Source: an uncultured virus (IMG/VR IMGVR_UViG_651053023_000007) (Duplodnaviria; Heunggongvirae; Uroviricota; Caudoviricetes). Taken from it: DNA of 64,000 nt. Shown here piece by piece: positions 1-9,133 of this stretch. Location of the stretch: the IMG/VR virus record IMGVR_UViG_651053023_000007; one strand, 5' to 3'. A program made the position numbers and the translations under genes. Below the pieces are notes generated by a model. The model was not told where the DNA came from. It searched no databases and saw only the letters and a program-made list of their open reading frames with translations. Position 1 is the first letter of the stretch. Each line of letters starts with the position of its first letter.

Positions 1-246
1 TTAATACTGACTAATCCACCACAATAGATCACTTAATAACCATCCACAGGATTTCTTTCCAATAGTTTTACGTGGCGGGAATTTTCCTTCACGTTCCAGT
101 TTCCAGGCTTGTGAACGAGAAATAGACGTAATGTTCTGACGTTCCTCTTCTCGTACCAGTCTGTCACAGGTGTATCCATAGATCTTCAAAATTGATAAAC
201 GGTTCTCATCTCTTAACGGCTTCCACATATTGCTCTCCTTATACAT
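1..246 (-). CDS. AlpA-family regulator / probable excisionase
   Basis: ITSISRSQAWKLEREGKFP...GWLLSDL AlpA-like HTH pattern. Confidence 0.8.
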   Translation of the reverse strand: MYKESNMWKPLRDENRLSILKIYGYTCDRLVREEERQNITSISRSQAWKLEREGKFPPRKTIGKKSCGWLLSDLLWWISQY

Positions 247-1003
247 TCATGATTTTCAGATTGTATATGCATGTGAGCTGCTCAAATCACTACATCTATC
301 TGTAGTGGTATGCTGCTGAACAGCACCAGCAACTCACGAGCAAAACAATACATTTGCACAACCAAGAAATCAAATTGCGAGAATTGATTTAATTAACTGA
401 CTTATGATAACACAATAACAACAAAGAAAGTCACAATATAAAAATAATTCAAACAATACTTTTTAATATACAAATTAAAAACCAAAATCATAATCTTCGT
501 AGGTTATTTTATGCAGACAATAACAAAAAAAATCTTGTTATGATCTATGATATCAAGAGGAGGGGTAGTGACCAAAAATTTTCCCCAGAAAAGCCCCCAC
601 AACATTAGTTTGAAAACGTGACGAAGTTCACAAAATCATCTTCTGGCGATAATAGAACTTGTAAGAGGGAGTTGATTTTTGCCAACTTGCTAAAGCTAAA
701 GTGCAGACAAAAGATAATAATTGAATGAAAACGATACATATTTTCAGATGAAAGTGACGTGACTGTAGAGGGCTATAACCGTAAAATCATTTACGTCCTG
801 AGCAATATGCAACAAAAGGGAATGCTCGTAAAAAAATCAGGAATAAACGCTAAGGATATCGTATTAGATTCAGCATCGTAGCCACTGCATAACTGATTCC
901 CATTTCGTAGAGGCTGTTAACTCTGTATCAATGTCCTGACAAAGGACTGTATCAAGTTTCTCTACAGGAAACAGCTATGCAATAGACGGAAGAATTTAAC
1001 ATT

Positions 1004-2608
1004 ATGGTAACTAAAAAGGTAAAAACAAACCACCCGTACTATCGTGTTTTATCTGGCACCTCCATGCCGTTTCCCCACATACATGAAGCTGTTTCCGAAC
1101 AGTTGCTTCTACTCATTTTCAAAGCACGCAGATTGTATCTGGATCCAGAATATCGTCCCTGGTTTGATGAACAACATCGGATTCTCTCGGCATTACGCGC
1201 TAACACAAAACTACAAAATATTTTAGAGCAAAATAGAGAGGACTACTCCATAGGTGAGACCGATAATCCACTATCTAAAGAGCTGTATGCTGCTTTTCAG
1301 GTTATGTGCCATTTATACAATGGTTTTGATAACAGACTCGTCAGCCTGAAAACCTGGGGAGATATGAACAGGGAACCAACAGCAAAATTTGTCGGCCAAA
1401 ATAGTGGTGGCTGGAAAACACCTGAGATGGAAGAATTCGTCAGAAACGATTTGTTCAATATTCTGACAGATTGTAAAGCTCATTGCTCACCACTTCCCGC
1501 TCTGGTTCGACAAGGATATTGCCATCAGGATCTTTCTGTTGCGCACTCATGTACTAAAGAATTACTGGAACAACTGAACCGATACCATCAAATTGATGAA
1601 TCAGCGATACTTGCCAGAACCCTTGGTTTGGCTATTAACAACTGCTATCACTCAAAAACAGAGATTCCTGAATGGCTTTCTCCTTTTGAAAATGAATACA
1701 AAAGTCCCTGGAATTGTGAGAAACCAGATACTAACGATGTGAGTAAACTTAGAAAACAATTGCTAACAATCGGGCGTACAGAATTCGTGGACAAAATGTT
1801 TTCGCTAGCCAACAAAAATGCAACAAAGATAATATATGATGGATACGTTAAACTTTATGCTCTGGAAATATATGAATGGTTAAATAAATTAGTGCAATAT
1901 TTTAAAGGAAATGATTTTATTCGTTACACCTGGAAATTCACAACAATTATTTCCGATGAAAGTGACACGATTGAAAACACCACCGCATGGGAAAAAGACT
2001 ATTGTCAAATCACTATACAGCGCGATGAACTTCTGAAACTGATTTATACCAATACCCTGCAGGATGCAGCAATGAATCTTGCTGGTTGCCTGCAACAGGC
2101 ATACATAGAACCGTTAAAAAGGGAAATAAATTATCCAGGAATAAACATTGATGCAAAAGAGCGTGAAATTAGAAAATCTATTGAATTCAGGAGCGAACTG
2201 AATAACTTCACAAACATCATGAAACAACTGGAAACATTTGAAAAATGGTATAACGCCAATAAAATTCTGTTGGTAAGTAACAAAAAGAAACGTACAGAAA
2301 AGATTGACGTGAATATTCGTCTTGCAGGACTGAAAGGCTATGATCTGAATGAAGGTATACCTGATGGTCAGGGACGCAAAATTAAAGATGGTGTGAATGA
2401 ACTCGTCAAGGCAGATGGCAGTCTACAACTTCCACAAGATATCAGTGACACTTCGCTTAACCGTTACCGTCAAGCAGTTCAACACATTATTAAGGATGAG
2501 ATCGACACGTTGCTGATAGCACAGAGGGAAAAAAATAAAATAAATCCATATAGCGAAGATAGATACTCGATACGACCTTTATGGGGAAAATGTCTGGTCG
2601 AACAGTAA
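1004..2608 (+). CDS. Hypothetical island protein, 534 aa
   Basis: Long AT-rich ORF followed by a strong hairpin; no family recognised. Confidence 0.75.
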   Translation: MVTKKVKTNHPYYRVLSGTSMPFPHIHEAVSEQLLLLIFKARRLYLDPEYRPWFDEQHRILSALRANTKLQNILEQNREDYSIGETDNPLSKELYAAFQVMCHLYNGFDNRLVSLKTWGDMNREPTAKFVGQNSGGWKTPEMEEFVRNDLFNILTDCKAHCSPLPALVRQGYCHQDLSVAHSCTKELLEQLNRYHQIDESAILARTLGLAINNCYHSKTEIPEWLSPFENEYKSPWNCEKPDTNDVSKLRKQLLTIGRTEFVDKMFSLANKNATKIIYDGYVKLYALEIYEWLNKLVQYFKGNDFIRYTWKFTTIISDESDTIENTTAWEKDYCQITIQRDELLKLIYTNTLQDAAMNLAGCLQQAYIEPLKREINYPGINIDAKEREIRKSIEFRSELNNFTNIMKQLETFEKWYNANKILLVSNKKKRTEKIDVNIRLAGLKGYDLNEGIPDGQGRKIKDGVNELVKADGSLQLPQDISDTSLNRYRQAVQHIIKDEIDTLLIAQREKNKINPYSEDRYSIRPLWGKCLVEQ

Positions 2609-2619
2609 CTCACTGAGAA

Positions 2620-2643
2620 AGGGGATAGCAGTTCGCTATCCCC
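2620..2643. terminator. Hairpin between convergent genes
   Basis: GGGGATAGC-agttc-GCTATCCCC perfect stem. Confidence 0.6.
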
Positions 2644-2690
2644 AAGGGAGACTTTCCAGCAAGATCTCAAAAAACGAGACACTCGGCAAA

Positions 2691-3287
2691 TTATGCGGCT
2701 TTACCATTAACAGATTCAGCCACAAGAACGACAGCGTGTCTGTTTCGCTCAGGATGTTCACTCCAGATTTCTGATTCCGGGATGCTTTTCCCGTCATAAC
2801 TGATCCGTTCGCCATCAAACGGGTAATACCGTGCGGAATCAGTATCTAAAATAAACACCTTCAGATTCGTTGAACGACGCGCAATATGCTGCCAGAGAGC
2901 TTTACCTCCTTCATATTGCTCGTTATCACTTAATAGTACAACGCCCGCTTTTGTGACTATCGTTTCATAAACAAACGTTGCAAGACCAACATCACGTACA
3001 GCGCCATCGACAACAATCCCTTCAATCTGAGCAACATCCTGTTCTTCCCAGAATTTCTGGACAAACACGCCTTCAAGCCGGGGACGACGCTGAAGCTCCA
3101 GAGTGGCAACAACCTTATGGCGAACATCACCATCAATAACAGAAGGTGCAGCTTCGATTACCGCAGCAAACGGAGTCTTTGGATCCCAGATGATCTGGTA
3201 AAGCACGCCCTGAATAGTTACTCCATCCAGTATCGAAAAACGACGAGCTACAGTAGCAGGGGAGTAAGACATTGGAATTACAGCCAT
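2691..3287 (-). CDS. Putative GNAT-fold protein
   Basis: VDGAVRDVGLATFVY resembles acetyl-CoA motif A, then SDNEQYEGGKALW; start at MAVIP after a GAGGGG SD. Confidence 0.55.
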   Translation of the reverse strand: MAVIPMSYSPATVARRFSILDGVTIQGVLYQIIWDPKTPFAAVIEAAPSVIDGDVRHKVVATLELQRRPRLEGVFVQKFWEEQDVAQIEGIVVDGAVRDVGLATFVYETIVTKAGVVLLSDNEQYEGGKALWQHIARRSTNLKVFILDTDSARYYPFDGERISYDGKSIPESEIWSEHPERNRHAVVLVAESVNGKAA

Positions 3288-3416
3288 TTTTGAATCCCCT
3301 CTGAGTAATACCGGCACGAAAATTTACCTCAATAATTATAGTAAACAATACAAGAACCAAGTGCATCAACAATACCCATCAATTGTACACAATTCGTACA
3401 TCGACCAGGAACTCCC

Positions 3417-4733
3417 TCACCTTCTGCCAAACAGATTGACAACATTATTGCCTGTTTGCTGTTGATAGTTATTAACCCGGTCCTCCCAGACCTCAAGTGC
3501 TCTGCGTTTTTCTGGCAAATAATCGTATCGATCATAATGTTTTGAACTGACATCGTTCAACGCATGATTTTGAATACGATCGCGGATTTCCTTACTGATC
3601 CCAGCTTCTCCCATTAACGTTTTACAGGTCCGACGTAAGTCACGTGCTGTAAAAATTTTAAAGTCAGGATTAAAAGCCCGGAAATACATGATAGCGCGAG
3701 CCAGACTGTCCGTACGAACCGGACGCTTACCATTAGTCGAAAGTGGAAAAATGTAAGGGCTGGATTTTTCTTTTGTTAACTCCTGCACACAGGATAATTC
3801 CTGTAATGCTGATTCAGTCAACGGTATCAAATGCTCTCGTTTATTTTTAGAGACATCAGCAGTCACCAGCAGCGTTTTTTGTTGAAAATCAACATCACAC
3901 CACTGACTGGCGATCATTTCGAAGGGACGTTGCCCTCCGGTATAGATACAGAATCGGATCAAATGTTGCATCAATAATCCAACGTTGGTTGCTTCAGCAA
4001 AATGTTCCATTAGAAAACGCAACTCTTCAAGTGTCAGCCAGGTATCACCGACTTTTTCAGCAGATGACTGTTTCGGTATCACTGACACCGGATTTGCCTC
4101 CAGCCCAAAAGTAATCCCTGCACTTGTGTTCATCGGATCGTTATCTGCTTTCAGTCCATAGTTAAATGCAGCCATCAGGTAAGAACGGATCCGGTTAGAG
4201 TGAACCACAGCACCACGCTGAATGATCCCGGCCAGGATATGTTTAATCTGTCCGGAAGTCACATCTTTAGCTTTAGTTTCACGGGGGATCACTGTATAGC
4301 ATTCATTTTCAAGGCGTTTCAGAACATCCTGCCATGTCCTCTTATTATCAATTTTCATTTTGTTAACATAACCATGAATCAATGCTTCAAATGAGCCCTG
4401 TGATTGATGGAGTTGTATCCGCTGCTGTTCTGCAAACTGTTGTCGTTCCAGTTCTGCCTGGGGATCCTTTCCTTCAATGAGCCAGGCACCATACTTTTTT
4501 GCCAGTTCATTCGCTGTGGCGAGTTTCATCTCAGGCCATATACCCAATTGAATGAATCTTTCTTTTTTCCCTTTTTCCACGTAATAGCGGAAATAGAAAA
4601 TCTTGCTGCCAGAAGACTGAACTTTGACACCAAGTCGTCCAGTGCCACGTTGAGAGCTGTTGCTCCAGACATAGAACGATGTCTTTTTTGCTTTCAATGC
4701 TCGGATGGCTGTTTCAGTAAGATTGACGGCCAT
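3417..4733 (-). CDS. int: Tyrosine integrase with N-terminal arm-binding domain (P4-like)
   Basis: GQRPFE, SKNK, RDLRRT, QNH, HYDRYDY motifs; LTETAIR...RLGVKV N-terminus. Confidence 0.93.
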   Translation of the reverse strand: MAVNLTETAIRALKAKKTSFYVWSNSSQRGTGRLGVKVQSSGSKIFYFRYYVEKGKKERFIQLGIWPEMKLATANELAKKYGAWLIEGKDPQAELERQQFAEQQRIQLHQSQGSFEALIHGYVNKMKIDNKRTWQDVLKRLENECYTVIPRETKAKDVTSGQIKHILAGIIQRGAVVHSNRIRSYLMAAFNYGLKADNDPMNTSAGITFGLEANPVSVIPKQSSAEKVGDTWLTLEELRFLMEHFAEATNVGLLMQHLIRFCIYTGGQRPFEMIASQWCDVDFQQKTLLVTADVSKNKREHLIPLTESALQELSCVQELTKEKSSPYIFPLSTNGKRPVRTDSLARAIMYFRAFNPDFKIFTARDLRRTCKTLMGEAGISKEIRDRIQNHALNDVSSKHYDRYDYLPEKRRALEVWEDRVNNYQQQTGNNVVNLFGRR

Positions 4734-4779
4734 AGAACCTCTTTTCTAAACCAGTAACAATCAGAATAACTCGTGATTT

Positions 4780-4803
4780 TGGGTCAGGTAATGGGTCAGG
4801 TAA
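4780..4803 (+). repeat. Tandem 12-bp repeat, probable integrase arm sites
   Basis: TGGGTCAGGTAA x2 between int and att. Confidence 0.65.
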
Positions 4804-4855
4804 CGATCGTACAATGAAGAAAAAACGGAACCAAGCGGAGACAGAGAAAATTACA

Positions 4856-4868
4856 TAATCCATTGATT
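4856..4868 (-). promoter_or_regulatory. IHF site candidate
   Basis: AATCAATGGATTA fits WATCAANNNNTTR. Confidence 0.55.
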
Positions 4869-4929
4869 ATAAACAACTAATAAAGCAATCACGAACAAAC
4901 AAAAACAATATAGAACGAACTTGCCTCAT

Positions 4930-4976
4930 GACTCATAATCGCCAGGTCGCTGGTTCAAATCCAGCAAGGGCCACCA
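4930..4976 (+). other. att core: 3' part of tRNA-Ile(CAT)
   Basis: GACTCATAATCG...GGTTCAAATCC...GGCCACCA with no 5' half upstream. Confidence 0.85.
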
Positions 4977-4977
4977 A

Positions 4978-5054
4978 CCGCCACTAGCTCATCGGGAAAG
5001 AGCGTCAACCCTTTAAGTTGAGTGTGCGAGGTTCGAGTCCCCGGTGGCGGTCCA
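4978..5054 (+). tRNA. Atypical tRNA, anticodon TTT (Lys-like or pseudo-tRNA)
   Basis: Cloverleaf with CCA; loop CCTTTAA (C33), one T-stem mismatch, U73. Confidence 0.6.
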
Positions 5055-5056
5055 GT

Positions 5057-5132
<76 letters not shown>

Positions 5133-5135
5133 TAT

Positions 5136-5210
<75 letters not shown>

Positions 5211-5472
5211 GCAGTAGACGATACCAGGTTGTTTTGGGCACTGACATATTATATGTGGGATGTTTTCCTGAATCTTTATCCACATCCTGTTCTGTAATAC
5301 GTGATATCGGTTACAGCCCAGTGCTGTCTTTTTACAACAGCGTAATGGTGCATTATCGGTGGAGATGTTGTATTTCCTGACAGGGCCGGTGATGCATCAT
5401 TCCGATGTTGTTAACATCTATAAAAAACGTTGAGATTAATCACGTATTAAGCAAAACCTGGAAATTCATCTT

Positions 5473-5499
5473 AACCGCCGTACCAGGCGGTTTTTTTTA
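5473..5499 (+). terminator. Intrinsic terminator
   Basis: AACCGCC-loop-GGCGGTT plus T run. Confidence 0.7.
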
Positions 5500-5668
5500 T
5501 TCAGTTTCTTCATGGCTCGCTACTGCGGGCCTTTTTCATTTCTTCGCCCTGCTCAGCGTATGTCAAATCTGAATACACCACACAAAAGGTATCTGCGGGT
5601 GCCTTTGACGGGGTGTTGTTTTTTACGGGCCGCTGGTGGCCCTTTTTTATTTACAGGAGAAAAAAAGT

Positions 5669-6061
5669 ATGTCTGAACCCTTATCCGGTTCCGGCACGGC
5701 GGCTGCGCTCGGAGGGGCGACGGTATTCGGGCTGTTCACCGGAACGGATTTCGGGATTGTGTTTGGTGCGTTCGCGGGGGCGTTGTTTGTGGCAACGATG
5801 CCGCAGGCGCTTTCTGTCTGGCGGGTGGCGGCGCATTTTCTGGTGTCGTTTATTATCGGCGTACTGGGGGCGGATGTGATGGCGTCTTATCTGGTCGAAA
5901 AACTGGGGCTTCACAGTAAATCTGTCGACGCGCTGTGTGCAGTGCTGGTGTCTGTGGTGTCGGTGAAGATTCTGTCGTTCATCCACCAGCAGGATATCGC
6001 ATCGCTGGTGTCAGGACGGTTCTCCCGCCTGCGAGGCGGAGGAGGCGGTAATGTTAAGTAA
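5669..6061 (+). CDS. Putative holin
   Basis: Multi-TM protein, first lysis gene, AGGAG SD. Confidence 0.8.
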   Translation: MSEPLSGSGTAAALGGATVFGLFTGTDFGIVFGAFAGALFVATMPQALSVWRVAAHFLVSFIIGVLGADVMASYLVEKLGLHSKSVDALCAVLVSVVSVKILSFIHQQDIASLVSGRFSRLRGGGGGNVK

Positions 6062-6326
6062 CCTTCCCGGATTACTGAATGTGGCGTTATGCACGGTTAT
6101 CGTGCTGACGCTCTTTTTTTATCGTCGTCGCGATTCCAGGCATAAACCGCTGATGTCATGGCTGGCCTGGCTGCTGACGCTGCTGTATGCCTTTTCGCCT
6201 CTCAGCTATCTGTGTGGTCGCCCGTTAGCAACGGGCTGGCTGGATGTGTTTTTTAATCTGCTGTTCTGCGTGCTGGTGATACGCGCACGCGGGAACGTCA
6301 CAAGAATCTTTCCATTGTTGAGGTGA
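6051..6326 (+). CDS. Holin-like membrane protein (3 TM)
   Basis: Hydrophobic, between holin and endolysin. Confidence 0.75.
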   Translation: MLSNLPGLLNVALCTVIVLTLFFYRRRDSRHKPLMSWLAWLLTLLYAFSPLSYLCGRPLATGWLDVFFNLLFCVLVIRARGNVTRIFPLLR

Positions 6327-6328
6327 AT

Positions 6329-6706
6329 ATGTCGGGTAAATTCAGATTCAGCCGCCGGAGCGAGAAAAATCTGGAAGGCGTCAAACCACAGCTGGTTGCT
6401 GTAGTTCGCCGCGCCCTTGAACTGTCGGAGGTTGATTTCGGTATTACGGAGGGCCTGCGCACGAAAGAACGCCAGAAACAGCTGGTTGCAGAAGGTAAGA
6501 GCCAGACCATGAACAGCCGCCACCTGACCGGTGATGCGGTGGATGTTGTGGCCTGGGGTGGCAGCCAGGTGTCATGGGACTGGCCTCTGTACGAGAAAAT
6601 CGCGCAGGCATTTAAGCAGGCTGCCGCAGAGCTGGGAACTGCCATCGAATGGGGCGGGGACTGGACCAGCCTGAAAGACGGACCGCATTTTCAGTTGAGG
6701 CGATAA
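6329..6706 (+). CDS. Endolysin, M15 peptidase
   Basis: EGLRT, SRHLTGDAVD, WGGDW..DGPHFQL. Confidence 0.9.
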   Translation: MSGKFRFSRRSEKNLEGVKPQLVAVVRRALELSEVDFGITEGLRTKERQKQLVAEGKSQTMNSRHLTGDAVDVVAWGGSQVSWDWPLYEKIAQAFKQAAAELGTAIEWGGDWTSLKDGPHFQLRR

Positions 6707-6777
6707 CTAATACAAAACCCCGGCAGAGGAACTGTTCGGGGTTAATGCAGAAAATATGTTGACTCTTTGAATGATTG

Positions 6778-7353
6778 TTACGCTTTATCGTGAGTCAGTT
6801 TTCCGTCAAGAATGAGACGATTGTTTTCGATATGAAGAACCAGTGTTTCAAGATATTCTGGCTTTAACTTCCACCATTTCATTTTTTTTGCTATTTGTGT
6901 CAGGCAATGATTATGGGTGAATATAACGGTAGTTTTATTATCGGATGACAATTTGAGTATGTTCTTTGCAGCATCAAGTCCGCATGTTGCAGCCAACGGT
7001 ATCCGGGAGGCTGCTTTTCCTCCAGAGAAAAAACAGGCTGTCTGCATTGTCCGTATGGTATCCGTGGAGTAAAGGCTGAATGACGGGAAAGTATTGCTAA
7101 ATATTTTTCCATAATCACGAGCTTTAATGGCACCATTGACGGTAATTCCTTTATTGCTTGAGAGACATGCATTTTTGCTTCTGTCACATCGTTCACCGTG
7201 ACGGATAAGGAAAATTGTCTGGTGTTGTTGATTTATTTTATGCGCCTGTTTCATATTGATTGTGGTGGGTGTTCTTAAAAAATAAACAAACAAAAGAGTA
7301 GTTAAAATCAAAGTGATTAAATAAGTAATTTTCTTTATTTCTCGACGCTGCAT
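6778..7353 (-). CDS. ais: Ais/PmrG-like histidine phosphatase (LPS core phosphatase) moron
   Basis: N-terminal TM, LIRHGERCDRS, IFTHNHCL; AT-rich, opposite strand. Confidence 0.85.
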   Translation of the reverse strand: MQRREIKKITYLITLILTTLLFVYFLRTPTTINMKQAHKINQQHQTIFLIRHGERCDRSKNACLSSNKGITVNGAIKARDYGKIFSNTFPSFSLYSTDTIRTMQTACFFSGGKAASRIPLAATCGLDAAKNILKLSSDNKTTVIFTHNHCLTQIAKKMKWWKLKPEYLETLVLHIENNRLILDGKLTHDKA

Positions 7354-7405
7354 ATGAAAAGTCTTTTGCAAAAATAAATGAGATTAAAAAATATATTTCT
7401 TAAAT

Positions 7406-7422
7406 ATTAAGAAAATCTTAAC
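7406..7422 (-). promoter_or_regulatory. PmrA-box-like direct repeat
   Basis: GTTAAG-N5-CTTAAT, 17 nt before a TTTAAT -10 candidate. Confidence 0.55.
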
Positions 7423-7570
7423 GCGCAATGTCGTTTGTTGCTTTTATAACTTGCAACAGATTGGGTTTTTTTGATGTTGAACAATCAGCATTACAGCAGT
7501 CCTTCAGTGAGGGGCTGCGATAATGCTGATGTTTAATTGAGCATAAATGATAATTGCTCTCATTTTTCAT

Positions 7571-7740
7571 GGGTCCTCCCGGTGGGGTGGCCTTGCCACG
7601 GGGCGGGAGCGTCGAGGAAAAAGGCTAGTTTTTGAAATTTCATCCGTCATCACCACCACTATAATTGATTGATATTACAGCTGTTTTATTTTCATGGTGT
7701 CGATTTTGATTGTTTTTTGTTCATCACTGACACCGTTTGC
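7571..7740 (+). other. First cos-like packaging site
   Basis: cosQ GGGTCCT at 7571, GC-rich nick-like region, upstream of terS fragment. Confidence 0.6.
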
Positions 7741-7786
7741 CTAAAGTTGTTTGCAAGATGCATGTTTAAAACATTCTGGAGCGGGT

Positions 7787-8191
7787 ATGGATCGAGAGTT
7801 AAAAAATCTGACGCTGAATATCAGTCAACTGGCGGCACTGTCAGGTGTACATCGCCAGACTGCTGCGGCAAGGCTGCAAAATCTACCCGTTGCAGGGGGG
7901 CATGAAAGCAACCTCAAGCTTTATCGGGTGGTTGATATTGTGTCGGCATTTCTGGCATTACCTCCGCCGGTTGCAGAAGGCAAGAGCCAGACCATGAACA
8001 GCCGCCACCTGACCGGTGATGCGGTGGATGTTGTGGCCTGGGTTGGCAGCCAGGTGTCATGGGACTGGCCTCTGTACGAGAAAATCGCGCAGGCATTTAA
8101 GCAGGCTGCCGCAGAGCTGGGAACTGCCATCGAATGGGGCGGGGACTGGAAAACACTGAAAGACGGGCCTCATTTTCAATTGAAGCGATAG
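7787..8191 (+). pseudogene. Chimera: DUF1441-type small terminase N-terminus fused in frame to M15 endolysin C-terminus
   Basis: LNISQLAALSGVHRQT HTH; from 7969 near-identical to 6484-6700. Confidence 0.8.
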
Positions 8192-8207
8192 CTTGCAAAA
8201 CATACAG

Positions 8208-8229
8208 GGCCGCCATGAGCGGCTTTTTT
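8208..8229 (+). terminator. Intrinsic terminator
   Basis: GCCGC-loop-GCGGC plus T6. Confidence 0.6.
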
Positions 8230-8261
8230 ATTGCTCAAAAAACGAAAGAACGGAGGTACGT

Positions 8262-8513
8262 ATGTACGCACTGAAAAAAATTACCGTAACTGAAGATGGT
8301 CGCCAGGTTGAGGAAGTGCATGTCCTGGGAGATATGTATCGTCTGGAGTTCTATCCGCGTGACACTCATCTTGCAGCAAAAATTGAGTATTGCCGGGGCG
8401 GGGATATTCCATGTATTCCGGTAGAAAAAGAGGATGAGGCTTACATTACCACGTTGACCGGAGACACGGTGCGTTGTATCTGTCGCGGTGACAGTAAAGC
8501 CAGGGTGAAATAG
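8262..8513 (+). CDS. Hypothetical phage protein
   Basis: GGAGG SD, 83 aa. Confidence 0.7.
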   Translation: MYALKKITVTEDGRQVEEVHVLGDMYRLEFYPRDTHLAAKIEYCRGGDIPCIPVEKEDEAYITTLTGDTVRCICRGDSKARVK

Positions 8514-8670
8514 CCAGATGCCGCACCCAGGGCAGTAAATAAAAAAACAAACCCGGCTGCTGGAACAGTCCGGGGTTTTGAGTTTTCACGTCAGAGAGGA
8601 AATTGTGAGTAGTGAGTACGGAGAAAATCCTCGTGGGAAAGTATAAAAGATTCTTTTTGAGGTTGTCATT

Positions 8671-8784
8671 ATGAAAGGTATTGAAGTGGAAACTCCCGCG
8701 AGCCTTGATTTGACAAGGGCTGCGGCCTTTGCAATTCGCCTTGTGGCGGTCGCTGTTCTGATTTGGGCTGTGCGTTGGTGGTGA
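8671..8784 (+). CDS. 37-aa single-TM peptide (absent from ORF track)
   Basis: GAGG SD; MKGIEVETPASLDLTRAAAFAIRLVAVAVLIWAVRWW. Confidence 0.6.
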   Translation: MKGIEVETPASLDLTRAAAFAIRLVAVAVLIWAVRWW

Positions 8785-8785
8785 T

Positions 8786-8962
8786 ATGACGCGAAAACAC
8801 TGGACACACAGAATGCCGCGAACGGCGGCGAAATGGGTAGCGATACTGGTGCCTTTTTTATTGGTGGGATGCGTCAGCCTGGATAAAGCGCGCCAGCTTT
8901 TCGATACCGCTTCTCTGGTCTGTGAAATTGTCGACGGTGTTCGGCAGTGTCTGCAGAACTGA
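8786..8962 (+). CDS. 58-aa lysis-associated lipoprotein (absent from ORF track)
   Basis: Lipobox LVGC; homologous to 35113-35295. Confidence 0.75.
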   Translation: MTRKHWTHRMPRTAAKWVAILVPFLLVGCVSLDKARQLFDTASLVCEIVDGVRQCLQN

Positions 8963-9133
8963 TCGCCTGTAAGAGCAGAATATTTTGCTGAAAAATGAAG
9001 AGTGCGCCAGCGTCCGGAAAGCATGAAATTCTGTGTTTGTGGCTACTCAATAAAATAAATTCTTTCTGTCGCCGCGAATACTCAAATGTTGATCAGTGCC
9101 CGGTGCGGCGACGGGCTTTGATATCAGGAGACG

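Larger units (their letters stand above)
1..4976. mobile_element. Right end of integrative island inserted in a tRNA-Ile(CAT) gene; left end outside window
   Basis: Integrase next to a 3' tRNA fragment, AlpA-like gene, AT-rich cargo. Confidence 0.8.

Noticed and set aside
247..1003. Hidden gene or ncRNA in the AT-rich gap
   Set aside because: No convincing ORF or stable structure; probably divergent promoters
6484..8188. Endolysin duplication as DGR template/variable repeats
   Set aside because: No reverse transcriptase; differences are few and not adenine-specific
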